From positions 1 through 54,027 of the forward strand of contig JAAYJW010000372.1 in the NCBI GenBank assembly GCA_012522765.1: DNA of 54,027 nucleotides, written 5' to 3'. Source of the DNA: a candidate division WS1 bacterium. Lineage in GTDB: Bacteria > Armatimonadota > Zipacnadia > Zipacnadales > UBA5352. Below are positions 8,932-18,596 of the stretch, piece after piece (within the stretch, counting starts at the first letter, position 1; every line of letters starts with the position of its first letter). A program made the position numbers and the translations under genes. The notes under the pieces are model-generated. The model saw nothing but the letters and a program-made list of their open reading frames with translations. It was not told the origin of the DNA and made no database searches.

Positions 8932-11901
8932 CTATCGCGTAACCTGAACCGGCCGAAGCGCCTGTGCCTGCCGCCCGCTGTCGTCGCGAGCGTTCATGCG
9001 GACAAGGTACATGCCGGTCGGCACCGCCGTGCCTGTGTTGTCTCGCAGATTCCAGCTAAGCGTGTTCTGACCGACCTCCCGCGTTCCCAGCGCGATGCTG
9101 CGGACGGGGCGGCCGGCGATATTGAGGATCTCGACCTCCACATCGGCCGCGCTGCTGAGGGCGAAGACGATCTCGGCCGCGCCCGCGGAGCCCTGGAATG
9201 CCGACATGCTCGAGATGACCAGTGGCATCGAAGAGCGCTTGAGGCACTTGATCCGCAGCCGGCGGTTGACGCCCGATTCGTCGGCCGCGAGTTCGGCGCC
9301 TGCGCTCGTGCGCATGTAGGTGCGCTTGCCGGTCAGATCATCAATGAGCACCGGAGTTACATCGTCGGGTACATCGCTCATCTCCGGCCAACTCAGCCGC
9401 ACGGGCGTGTGAGGTAGCGGACTCTGCACCACCAGCGAGAACTCGCTTTCGATCGCCGATGCTGGCCGCACGTCGCGCAGGTAGCTACCCTCGCCACGGC
9501 CGGTGGGATCAAGGCGCGCGGTCAGGTGGATGCCGAAGCCCGGTGGGGCCTGCTGATCGTAGCGGTCCATGCCGTCGTGCGCATCATCAGCAACCCCGAT
9601 CTGCACCGACGAACGCATCGTGCCGGCGGAGACGGTGATCGGCAACTGCCACTGGAGCGCCTCCGTCCGTGGAACTGATGCAGGCGCGCTCGTGCCATCG
9701 ACAGCGAGCGCCGGGAATCGCAGCAGGGCGCCGCCGGAGCTCATGCAGCGGATCCAGTAGCCCTCGAACGGTCGCATCTGCTCGCTCTGCACGTATCCCT
9801 CGGCCTGTGAGTAGCCGAAGATGCCATCCTGGATGATCGTGGCGGCCACGGCGTCCTGGTAGCTGACCGCCGCCTCGCCACCGGCCTCGAACATGAGCGT
9901 GGATATGTCCACCGGCTCGCGACGGGGCGACCCGATCATATTCCAGCCGATCTTCAGCGGCACCACGAACGGCCGGTCCTCCGGCTCCAGCACTCCGCTA
10001 AGGTTGAGCGATATGTCGCTGAAGGTGCGCAGCCAGTATGCCCTGCCGGGTATCACGGGATCGGTTCGCGGGTAGAGCGTGTACTTGTTCGCGCCCGGAG
10101 CCTGAGGATCCCAGCGGGCAATCAGCAACTGATCCTCCGGTACGCCCAGCAACTCCGGGAGGTTCTGCGTTAGCGGGCGCAGCGGGAACGAGATCAGGTG
10201 CAGGCCGGAGCCTGCGGCCGAGAATTGGCGCGTCAGCGACACCTGCTGGCTTCCGTGCAGGAAGGTGACATACGAATCCCACGCCACGTTCATGACGCGC
10301 GTGATGGTCTGCTCCTCCGCGTTGGTGAAGGTGACGGTCAACTGCTGCGGCGTGAGATCGCCCGAGGTGATGCGACCTCCCCAGACGCCACGAGTCACCG
10401 GCTCTTCCGTGAGCCCCGCGCCGCCCTGCACGTCTATCGTGCCTTGATTGGCATCTATGATCGAGCCGTAGAGGTTGTTCTCATTCGACTCGAAGCCGCG
10501 CTGCCCGTAGGGGAATGGCAGCATCCGGCGCAGAGAACCGAGGTCCACCTGCACAGTGATGTTCTGCGGTCCGCCGATGTTGAAGAAGGTCGGTATGAGG
10601 AAGCCTTCGCCGGCATTCTCGCCGGTGCCGGGGATAGTGATAAGGTTCCCCTCTTCGGCGAAGAGCGAGACGGCGAAGTCATAGCTCCAGTAGGTCGTGC
10701 GCGCCTGACCGCCTCGCGGAGTCTCATCGCCCTCGACGTTCGTGTAGAAGTGCTCGGCGACCAGCGCTATTGCCTGCGTCAGCGGGATGTTCCAGATGAA
10801 GAGCTTGGGGCCCACGCGGATGCTGGTGTCGAGCACCCACTGGCGCTGGTACCACTCCTGGAAGGGCATGCCCTCCACCCGCGGGAGCACCTGCGACCCC
10901 AGTACCCGCAGCGCCGGGATGTTCCCCGGCAAGTCATCGCTGAAGTTCGCGTAGTAGGCCTCGTTGAAGCGGCGGAAGAACGTGTCATCCTCGACCCAGC
11001 ACTTGAACCACGCGCTGCGGCTCATCGCGACGCGCCACACGAGCATGCCGCTCCAGCCGGACTCCGGGAAGAATGTCGGCCCCCCGAGGTCCTGCTGGTT
11101 CTGCGGCTCATAGACCGAAGTGGCGTAGAACGGACCGGGACTGATCGGATCATATCCCGGAGCCACGCCGGGGCGCGTATGAATGGCAGTCGCTGCCGCA
11201 CCGGCAAAGCCCAGCTCCCACGAGTCATAGAAGAAGCCGGCATCGTCGTGGAATGCCTGCAGGACAAGGATCAGCAGGACGAACGAGTCCTCGGCGAAAT
11301 TGCCCGACAGCCGCGCCATGACGATCTCGTTGCTGCCGGCGTCGTAAAGGCCGCCCTGGATCGTGGCGAGATCCGGGTCGAGCCTGATGTTGACTGTGAG
11401 GTTGAATGCCGGACGCCCGTAGACGTTGTAGGCAACAGGAAGAGCACGAGTCAGGTAGTCGCCCAAGGCCGTCTGGTCGGCCTGACTGAAGCCCTCGAAG
11501 GTAAAGCGAAGTTCGTTCGTGGGCTCACCGATGGCGGTGTTCATCTGTGCCGCCCGCATCAGGTCGGGCGCGACGATCTGCCCATTGCGCAGGTGAACGA
11601 GCCTGCGTGGGAAGGTCGCGCGCGCCGTCGGGCTCTTCAGCCCGAGCCGCTGCAGTGTGAGCAGGCTCTGCTCGGCGCGGCGAAGGCTGTTGGCATTGTG
11701 CTGCAGGGAGATGGCCCGATGCGTGGCCGCTTTGCTCGCCGTCGCCGTTCGGATGCCATCGTCTGACACCACGACCGCGCCAATGGGGCCGTTGGCGACG
11801 GTAGCGAACGGCTCATTCACCACGTTCCGGAATGGCCCGGCCGTCGCGGCCGTGCAACCGACCGAGGCAACCGCTATCAACAGGGTCAGGAAGCGCAGCA
11901 T
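8932..11901 (-). CDS. Large secreted protein with C-terminal FlgD-Ig (T9SS CTD-like) domain
   Basis: AGGAGAG RBS before the ATG at 11901, then a signal peptide. GLHLISFPL and GWNMIGSP repeats. C-terminus IVFALSSAADVEVEILNIAGRPVR...WNLRDNTGTAVPTGMYLVRM. Confidence 0.85.
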   Translation of the reverse strand: MLRFLTLLIAVASVGCTAATAGPFRNVVNEPFATVANGPIGAVVVSDDGIRTATASKAATHRAISLQHNANSLRRAEQSLLTLQRLGLKSPTARATFPRRLVHLRNGQIVAPDLMRAAQMNTAIGEPTNELRFTFEGFSQADQTALGDYLTRALPVAYNVYGRPAFNLTVNIRLDPDLATIQGGLYDAGSNEIVMARLSGNFAEDSFVLLILVLQAFHDDAGFFYDSWELGFAGAAATAIHTRPGVAPGYDPISPGPFYATSVYEPQNQQDLGGPTFFPESGWSGMLVWRVAMSRSAWFKCWVEDDTFFRRFNEAYYANFSDDLPGNIPALRVLGSQVLPRVEGMPFQEWYQRQWVLDTSIRVGPKLFIWNIPLTQAIALVAEHFYTNVEGDETPRGGQARTTYWSYDFAVSLFAEEGNLITIPGTGENAGEGFLIPTFFNIGGPQNITVQVDLGSLRRMLPFPYGQRGFESNENNLYGSIIDANQGTIDVQGGAGLTEEPVTRGVWGGRITSGDLTPQQLTVTFTNAEEQTITRVMNVAWDSYVTFLHGSQQVSLTRQFSAAGSGLHLISFPLRPLTQNLPELLGVPEDQLLIARWDPQAPGANKYTLYPRTDPVIPGRAYWLRTFSDISLNLSGVLEPEDRPFVVPLKIGWNMIGSPRREPVDISTLMFEAGGEAAVSYQDAVAATIIQDGIFGYSQAEGYVQSEQMRPFEGYWIRCMSSGGALLRFPALAVDGTSAPASVPRTEALQWQLPITVSAGTMRSSVQIGVADDAHDGMDRYDQQAPPGFGIHLTARLDPTGRGEGSYLRDVRPASAIESEFSLVVQSPLPHTPVRLSWPEMSDVPDDVTPVLIDDLTGKRTYMRTSAGAELAADESGVNRRLRIKCLKRSSMPLVISSMSAFQGSAGAAEIVFALSSAADVEVEILNIAGRPVRSIALGTREVGQNTLSWNLRDNTGTAVPTGMYLVRMNARDDSGRQAQALRPVQVTR

Positions 11902-11911
11902 CGCCACTCTC

Positions 11912-14900
11912 CTACTCATACCACTGCCACCACCTGCGCACGCCCTCCCTGAGGCATCGTCCAGCACGCCCGATGAGGCTTTCGGGCGGCCGCTGCCCTT
12001 GCATCTCTTCCCGGCCGAACGGTGCCGGCGGCTGCACCGTCTGTTGATCGGGCTGCTCAAACTCGCCCAGTCCTGTTTCGAAACCAGCGGTGCCGCCGAC
12101 GGGCGCGTAGTAGTGGGCGCTGCTGCCGCGCGTATCGTCGGCACCCGTGAAGAAGTCGGGGGTGCGGTTGGTGAACGTGCCGCTGCTTTGCCCAAAGGGC
12201 GTTGTGCTCATTCCGCCGCCGTAGTAGCCGCCCCCGAAGTCGGATCTGCGGAAGCTACCGCCGGTGCCGAAATCACCGATCCCGCCGGCTTCGTAGCCGT
12301 AGCCGCCCGTGTAGCCGGCGCCGTAGCCGCCGAAGCTCGAGAGCGCGCCGCCGTAGGTCGAGTAGCCGCCGCCCGCCCGGCCCGCCGAGCCGATGCCGCT
12401 GGAGAAGTTGGTCGAGACCTCCAGCAGCATGGTGTGCGCTATGTAGTCCTGGCTGCCGAACGAGCCGGTTCCGGCGCCCGGCAGCGGTAGATCAATATCG
12501 CCTGAGATGTTGCGGATGTAGCGATAACCGAGGTTGACGTCGCCGATGCCGCTGACGCGATAGCGCACGCCGAGTTCGCTGGTATCCTTCACGAAAGCCG
12601 CAAAGCCGCTGTTGTAGTCCGCTCTGCCGATGCGCCCGAAGAGGCTGACGCCGGGGCGCAGTTCGTAGTTAAGCTCACCTGAGATGTCAAAGAGATCGGT
12701 GGGCACGATCCGCGAAACCTGGTTCTCTCCGAAGCCGATGTAGGTTGGGCTGGAACCGCTCTGTTTGTGCAGATTGAGCCCGACACCCCACGGTTGGTTC
12801 TCCGGTCGGTAGTTCACGCCCAGCGCCATTATGTCATTCACTACCGAGCCCCGACCCTCCTCCAAAAACTCCATCCGGTCGCTGCCCAACGTGGCGGTCA
12901 GAGCCAGATCCCTGCTGGGCTGATAGCCGAGGGAGGCATTCATGTAGGTCTGTTCGCTATCGGCCAGATAGCCGACGCTCCCGCCGCTGGAGTAGTTGCG
13001 CTGACCGCCTGAGAGCGTCAGGTTGAGGTTGTCCGCCGGGCGCCACGAGATGTCCATGCGGGTGCTGGTATCTTCAAAGCGGCTGCGCTGGGGCTCATCG
13101 TCATCGCCGCCGGGTATCTCTCCGCCGCCGCCACCGGGATTGCCCGGCAATTGCAGGGTGCCGAAGCTGCCAATACCGCCGCCGATGCCTCCACCGATGC
13201 CTGCAATGCCGCCGTAGAAGCCACTCGAGACTGCGCCGTCGGACTGTGACCGTGTGTGGTCGAGATTGAAGCTGAGTCGGCTTGAGGGCGTCCAACGCGC
13301 GGAGAGCTGAGTGACGATACCGTCCGAGCGGTCGCCTGTGCCCGCGGCGCGCGAGCTGTTGGTGCCGTAGTGCCCGGCGAGAGAGAGATTGGCGGCGGGA
13401 GTATAGGTGGCTGAAATCTGCATCTGGTCGGTAGATGAGCCGCTTGTGGTGACGGATGAATCGGCGGCGAGGCCGGAAAAGCTCTGCTCCGTCTGCGACA
13501 GAGACATGTTGACCGAGAATGGCATGTCGTAGGGCGCGTACTGGAGCGTGAGCATATCGCTGGTCTGAGAGCTATCCCCGCGGCTGCCGCCGCTGTTGTC
13601 CATGGTCTGACGCGTGAGGCTCAGCGTCGGCCATCCCGGATAGCGCACATCTATGCCCATATCGTTGCGCGCCGTCTGTATCTCCAGACCGGTGCCCGCA
13701 GTGGCCTGAGCCGGCTGCATGCCGTAGGAGTAAAGCCCGTCGCTGAAGCCTGAATAGCCGCCGTAACCGCTGTAGCCGAAGCTGAGGCCCGAGTCGCTCT
13801 TCAGGTCGGAGTAGCGCTCATAGATGGAGATGTAGTCGTTGGCCTCCCACTGTGCGGCAAAGTTCAGCCCCTGCTCCTTGCGCTGAAAGCCGACCGTCTC
13901 GATGTAGCTGAAGTCAGGCTGCACATCGCGCATCTCGAGCGTGGCGGTCAGACTCGGGCGCGAGTATGAAAGGCTGCTGCGCCAGGCCTGCCCGCTGCGA
14001 TCCGACTGATCGCTCTGCGCGAAGTCTGCTCGGAAGGTCAGATTGTCATTGACGCGGTAGCCGAGGTCAATGCCGAAGACCTGAGAGTCGGCGGGAGCGG
14101 TCGTGTCGCCGAGGTCATAGAAGTAGCGGACAATAACCAGTGCGGTTGGAGGGACGGCGCGACGGAAGATGATCCGGCCGATCTCGTGGTAGACGTCGTA
14201 GTCCACGCTCTGCACCTGCTCCACGCTATCGACCAGCACTACCACCGATTGGCCGAGCGTCTGCCGCTCGCCCTCGAAGATCACCGTGGCCCCGTTGGGC
14301 AGGATCGGGCGGAAGTTCACGTCGAACGGCCCCGTGCTGCCGGAGGCCTGGAAGATGTCCTCCTGGAAGCCTGCGGTGTCTTCTGTGTGCTCTGGATCGC
14401 GCTTGTCCTGCATCAAGGCGGTGACACCCACCAGCATCCGGTCGTTGAGCAGCGGCATCTGCGCCCGTGCTCCGTAGAGCTGTCCGGGGCTGCTCTCCCA
14501 ACCATAGGACTGATAGGCGGCGGAGATCACCGAGGTGCTGGGGATGATGCGCGGCGGACCATCCACCGGTTCGAACCACAGTTGGCCGGTCTCGTAATCG
14601 AGGCGGTAGTCCTGGCCGAAGCGCATGACCTGCTCATCGACTTTGATGACTTCGCTGCCCTCTATGATCGGCGTGTAGCGGAGGAAGAATGGCCCGGAGG
14701 TGTTATTACCGTTGATCGTCTCGCGGCGGGTGAGGCCCTTCTCCTGAGAGTAGAAACCGCGCACCAGGCCGCCATTGGGGAGGACCTGGTCTATCTGCCA
14801 GCCCTTGAGGGTCTTGTTGAAGCTGGCGAACTCGTTCCCCGACAGCCGCACGTTGAGGTCGCCGAAGTAGAGGGCCGTCTCGTCAGTGGTCCAGCCGAGG

Positions 14901-15229
14901 ACGTAGCGGGTATAGTTCTGTCCCCAGCCGCTCGCGGAGATGTCGGCCTGAATGCCGAGGTTGCGCCAGATGGGCCCTTCGATGTGGAGGCTGCTGCGGC
15001 GGACGAATGAATCCGTGTCCCAGCGCTGGCCCTCGAATGCCGCCGCTGAGCCCTCCAGAGCATGGTTCTGCAGCGTCATGGTGTTCTGGCCGGAAACCTG
15101 CATGCCCTGGAAGAGGCCCCAGTCCTTGAAGATGCGGCCGATTCCGCTGAAGATGTCCTCAGCGTGGGCACCCCGAGCGCCCAGGAGCAGCAAAGCTATC
15201 AGCACCAGCAGGCGTTGACTGTAAAGCAC
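11912..15229 (-). CDS. Large outer-membrane beta-barrel protein with SprA-like N-terminal repeats
   Basis: GGAG RBS and GTG at 15229; signal peptide ending AHA-E. Motifs PIIEGSEVIKVD...GQDYRLDYETGQLWF and SVDYDVYHEIGRIIF. Long run of amphipathic beta-strands (...W/Y-x-P...L-S/N-L). Confidence 0.7.
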   Translation of the reverse strand: MLYSQRLLVLIALLLLGARGAHAEDIFSGIGRIFKDWGLFQGMQVSGQNTMTLQNHALEGSAAAFEGQRWDTDSFVRRSSLHIEGPIWRNLGIQADISASGWGQNYTRYVLGWTTDETALYFGDLNVRLSGNEFASFNKTLKGWQIDQVLPNGGLVRGFYSQEKGLTRRETINGNNTSGPFFLRYTPIIEGSEVIKVDEQVMRFGQDYRLDYETGQLWFEPVDGPPRIIPSTSVISAAYQSYGWESSPGQLYGARAQMPLLNDRMLVGVTALMQDKRDPEHTEDTAGFQEDIFQASGSTGPFDVNFRPILPNGATVIFEGERQTLGQSVVVLVDSVEQVQSVDYDVYHEIGRIIFRRAVPPTALVIVRYFYDLGDTTAPADSQVFGIDLGYRVNDNLTFRADFAQSDQSDRSGQAWRSSLSYSRPSLTATLEMRDVQPDFSYIETVGFQRKEQGLNFAAQWEANDYISIYERYSDLKSDSGLSFGYSGYGGYSGFSDGLYSYGMQPAQATAGTGLEIQTARNDMGIDVRYPGWPTLSLTRQTMDNSGGSRGDSSQTSDMLTLQYAPYDMPFSVNMSLSQTEQSFSGLAADSSVTTSGSSTDQMQISATYTPAANLSLAGHYGTNSSRAAGTGDRSDGIVTQLSARWTPSSRLSFNLDHTRSQSDGAVSSGFYGGIAGIGGGIGGGIGSFGTLQLPGNPGGGGGEIPGGDDDEPQRSRFEDTSTRMDISWRPADNLNLTLSGGQRNYSSGGSVGYLADSEQTYMNASLGYQPSRDLALTATLGSDRMEFLEEGRGSVVNDIMALGVNYRPENQPWGVGLNLHKQSGSSPTYIGFGENQVSRIVPTDLFDISGELNYELRPGVSLFGRIGRADYNSGFAAFVKDTSELGVRYRVSGIGDVNLGYRYIRNISGDIDLPLPGAGTGSFGSQDYIAHTMLLEVSTNFSSGIGSAGRAGGGYSTYGGALSSFGGYGAGYTGGYGYEAGGIGDFGTGGSFRRSDFGGGYYGGGMSTTPFGQSSGTFTNRTPDFFTGADDTRGSSAHYYAPVGGTAGFETGLGEFEQPDQQTVQPPAPFGREEMQGQRPPESLIGRAGRCLREGVRRWWQWYE

Positions 15230-15433
15230 AAGTGAAGCTCCGTTGAAGTGATGTCCCCGGTGGATGATGATAGTGAGACGGCTGCGCGGGGCGATTTGTT
15301 CCAGCCCGCAGTCTCTCAGCCGCTTCTTTAGCCATTCATCGCAGGATACCTTCCCGGACGCAGAGGAAGAGGCGCACACGACGGGGAAGGGTCTGCACCG
15401 ATCTTACCGATTCGCATCGAGGAGTCCAGTGCC

Positions 15434-16831
15434 ATGCGTCATCTCACCGTCGCATTGTGGGCATCTGCAGCGATTCTCGCGACTGTCGCGCTCGGCGGTT
15501 GCCCTTCGGGACAACCCGGTGGCGGCGCCGTTACGCCGACTACTGGCGAAAGTGCGGGTCCCGCCGTGGAACTGCAGATGTGGACGATCTGGAGCGCCGA
15601 GCCGCGAAAGTCGGCTCTAGATCAAATAGTCGCCAACTTCGAGGCCGCGCATCCCGGCATCCGCATCAATGTCGTCCCCACTGAGCCCGACGCCTATAAG
15701 AGCCGGATCCGCGTCGTCACCGGCTCGGGCAGTCCGCCCGACATCTTCTTCGTCTGGAGCGGAGAGTGGCTGCACAACTTCGTCCGCGGCGACAATGTGC
15801 TGCCGATCACTGCCGAGTTGGATGCCAACAACAGCGAGTGGCGTGACCGCGTCATGGGCGACGCGCTGAAGTGGTACACCTTCGATGGCGAGACCTACGG
15901 GATCCCGTTCCTGCGCCAATGCACATTCTTCTTCTACAACACGCAGCTATTCGAGCGAGACAACGTGCAGCCGCCTGCCACGTGGAATGAGTTCCTCGCC
16001 GCCTGCGACACGCTCAAGCGGCCGGACGTGGCACCGATTGCGCTGGGCAACTCCGTGAAGTGGCCCGCGCATCACTATGTATCGTGCCTCTGGCAGCGCC
16101 TGATGGGGCAGGACCAACTCGTCTCGGACTTCGACCCGCTGGGGCCGGGAGCCTATGATGATCCGGGCTACGTGAAGGGCCTGCAGATGTTCCGGGACCT
16201 CGTGGAGCGGGGTGTCTTCAACCGCGCGCCCAATGGAACGACGCGCGAGAACGCCCGTGCGCTCTTCTACACCGCCAGCGCGGCGATGTTCTACACCGGC
16301 ACCTGGGACCTCAACGCGTTGCGCGAGGGCGGAGAGGCTCCCGAAGACTTCTGGGACACGTGGGACTGGTTCAACTTCCCGGCGGTTGAAGGAGGCAGGG
16401 GAGACCAGCAGGCGCTGCATGGTGGCGCGGATGGCTATGTAATCTCCAGCAAGACCGCACACCCGGAGGAAGCCATCACCTTCCTGAAGTACCTGAACTC
16501 GGTGGAGGCGGCGCAGTTGTTCGTGGAGCAGTGCAAGGAGCTTGTGCTGGTCAACGGCGCGGTCACCGAGCAGAACGCCGATGAGCACCTGCTGCGGTAC
16601 GCCCGGCAGGTCGAAGCGGCGCCGACGATCGTCCCCTGGGCCGACACGCTGCTGGAGCGCTCGGTGGCGGAGGTGCTGTTGGATGGCTGCCAGGCGCTGG
16701 TCGAGGGTTCGATCACGCCCGAGCAGATCATGGACAACATGCGAGCGCGTCAGGCAAATGTGAAGAGGCACCTGCAGGAGCTTGGCGGCAGTTCGATGGA
16801 GGTAGAGACGCCCGAGAACGAGGCGGGGTAG
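15434..16831 (+). CDS. Carbohydrate ABC transporter substrate-binding lipoprotein
   Basis: Lipobox LGG-C; FEAAHPGIRIN, PPDIFFVWSG, DGETYGIP, FFYNTQLF, PPATWNEF and SKTAHPEEAITFLKYL. Confidence 0.92.
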   Translation: MRHLTVALWASAAILATVALGGCPSGQPGGGAVTPTTGESAGPAVELQMWTIWSAEPRKSALDQIVANFEAAHPGIRINVVPTEPDAYKSRIRVVTGSGSPPDIFFVWSGEWLHNFVRGDNVLPITAELDANNSEWRDRVMGDALKWYTFDGETYGIPFLRQCTFFFYNTQLFERDNVQPPATWNEFLAACDTLKRPDVAPIALGNSVKWPAHHYVSCLWQRLMGQDQLVSDFDPLGPGAYDDPGYVKGLQMFRDLVERGVFNRAPNGTTRENARALFYTASAAMFYTGTWDLNALREGGEAPEDFWDTWDWFNFPAVEGGRGDQQALHGGADGYVISSKTAHPEEAITFLKYLNSVEAAQLFVEQCKELVLVNGAVTEQNADEHLLRYARQVEAAPTIVPWADTLLERSVAEVLLDGCQALVEGSITPEQIMDNMRARQANVKRHLQELGGSSMEVETPENEAG

Positions 16832-16892
16832 GGCCGCTCCAGCACCCACCGCGCGTCAGAACCAGCGCTCACGTCGTATTACGGTCAAAGCC

Positions 16893-17768
16893 ATGCGTCA
16901 TAGACCAATCACAGCCTGGATGCTCGTGCTGCCCGCGGCGGTGGTCTTCGCGTTCTACATCACCTATCCGCTGCTGCATACCATCGTGCTCAGCGCCTAC
17001 TCGTGGAGCGCGCTCAACCCGGTGCGCACATGGCAGGGCATGGGCAACTATGTTGAGCTTTACCACGACCCCGTGCTGCGCGTCGCGCTGATCAACAACG
17101 GGTTGTGGATCGTGCTGTCGCTGGTGCTGCAGCTTCCGCTGGCGATGCTGCTGGCGCTGGGGATAGGCTCGGCGCTGCGCAGGCATCGCATGCTGCGCAC
17201 GCTCTTCTTCTCACCGCTCATCGTTCCGGCAGTGGCCGTCGGTCTGATCTGGCAGCTATTCTACGAGCCGAACTTCGGAGCGCTCAACGCGCTCTTTGAG
17301 GCGATCGGGCTGGATGGATGGACCGCCGGGTGGCTGGGCGACCCGAAGCTGGCCACGTTGTGCATCATCATCGTCAGTTCGTGGCGCTACACGGGCTTTC
17401 ACATGATGATCCTGCTCGCGGGCCTGCAGGCCATCCCTGACGACATCTACGAGGCCGCGCGCATTGATGGGGCCAGCGCATGGCGCACCTTCTGGCACAT
17501 CACGCTTCCTCTGATGAAGCGCATCGTGCTGGTGGACGCGCTGCTTATCACCGTTGGCTCGGTGAAGATATTCGACCTCATCTGGGTCATGACCGAGGGC
17601 GGGCCGAACCGCGCCTCGGAGGTGCTCGCGACCTACATGTACCGAACCGCCTTCAGCGACGATCGCATGGGATATGCCGCCGCAATCGCCACTGTGATGC
17701 TCGTGCTGACGCTGATCGCCACGGTCATCTACGTGCGACTTACCGGGCAGGAGGAGGCGGAGGCATGA
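16893..17768 (+). CDS. Carbohydrate ABC transporter permease
   Basis: EAA loop LQAIPDDIYEAARIDGAS; MTEGGP; GYAAAIA. Confidence 0.93.
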   Translation: MRHRPITAWMLVLPAAVVFAFYITYPLLHTIVLSAYSWSALNPVRTWQGMGNYVELYHDPVLRVALINNGLWIVLSLVLQLPLAMLLALGIGSALRRHRMLRTLFFSPLIVPAVAVGLIWQLFYEPNFGALNALFEAIGLDGWTAGWLGDPKLATLCIIIVSSWRYTGFHMMILLAGLQAIPDDIYEAARIDGASAWRTFWHITLPLMKRIVLVDALLITVGSVKIFDLIWVMTEGGPNRASEVLATYMYRTAFSDDRMGYAAAIATVMLVLTLIATVIYVRLTGQEEAEA

Positions 17769-18577
17769 GCAGGCGGCTTGCCGCGCGGCTGAGTGACGCG
17801 TTCTACGCGCTGTTGGCGCTGATCTTCATGCTGCCGCTGATCTGGACGGTGGTGGGGTCATTCCGGGCCTCAGGGCTGCGCACCGAGCCGTGGGGTCTGC
17901 CGGAGCGGCTCAACTTGTCGAACTACGCCGCGGCATGGGAGGGAAAAATCGGGGTCTATCTGCTCAACTCGACGGTGGTCACGGTCATCTCCGTCCTGGT
18001 CATCATCGCATTGAGCGCACCGGCAGCTTACGCTTTCGCGAGGCTGCGCTTCCGCGGCTCATCGCTGATGCTGGGCTTCATCCTCACCGGTCTGCTTATC
18101 CCGGCGCATGCGGTGCTGATCCCGCTCTACCAGTTGAACGCGGCGCTGGGAGTGGGGGACTACCTCGCCATCATCGGCCCCTACGTGGCCTTCGGCCTGC
18201 CGCTGTCGGTGCTGCTGCTGAGGGCCTACTTCGTGGAGATCCCGCGGGAACTCATGGAGGCGGCTATCATGGACGGTGCGGGGCACATGCGCATCCTCTG
18301 GACGATCTTCATGCCGATCGCCAAACCCGCTGTCGCGACTGTCGCGATCTTCCAGGCCTCGTGGATCTGGAACGAACTGCCCTTTGCGCTGGTGTTCATC
18401 GCGAGCGGCAGCCACTACACGCTGCCGATCGGCCTGCTGAGCTTCCGCGGTGAGCATATCACCGACTGGGGAGCGATTCTCGCAGGCGTCACTATCTCCG
18501 TCGTGCCGCTGATGGTGCTTTACCTGCTGTTCCAGAAGCACATAGTGCGAGGCCTGACGGCGGGTGCTGTCAAGTAG
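17765..18577 (+). CDS. Carbohydrate ABC transporter permease
   Basis: ATGA overlap with the previous gene. AAYAFARLRFRG, IPRELMEAAIMDGA, WNE, TLPIGL and FQKHIVRGLTAGAVK. Confidence 0.93.
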   Translation: MSRRLAARLSDAFYALLALIFMLPLIWTVVGSFRASGLRTEPWGLPERLNLSNYAAAWEGKIGVYLLNSTVVTVISVLVIIALSAPAAYAFARLRFRGSSLMLGFILTGLLIPAHAVLIPLYQLNAALGVGDYLAIIGPYVAFGLPLSVLLLRAYFVEIPRELMEAAIMDGAGHMRILWTIFMPIAKPAVATVAIFQASWIWNELPFALVFIASGSHYTLPIGLLSFRGEHITDWGAILAGVTISVVPLMVLYLLFQKHIVRGLTAGAVK

Positions 18578-18596
18578 AGACGTCTCAGAAGCGGCC

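Noticed and set aside
10198-11766. Long alternative ORFs (e.g. 10198-11766 +, 21963-23405 +, 24281-25507 +, 27718-29061 +, 37850-39025 -, 44695-45813 -)
   Set aside because: These are antisense shadows of well-supported genes, expected from high-GC codon bias, and show no recognisable motifs.
11902-12195. N-terminal extensions in the ORF track (8932..12195, 29861..31351, 40063..41712, 43879.., 49720.., 17480..)
   Set aside because: They overlap neighbouring genes. Downstream starts with an RBS or stop/start coupling fit better.
15434-18577. Missing ATPase in the sugar ABC operon as an anomaly
   Set aside because: CUT1 importers commonly share an MsmX/MsiK-type ATPase encoded elsewhere.
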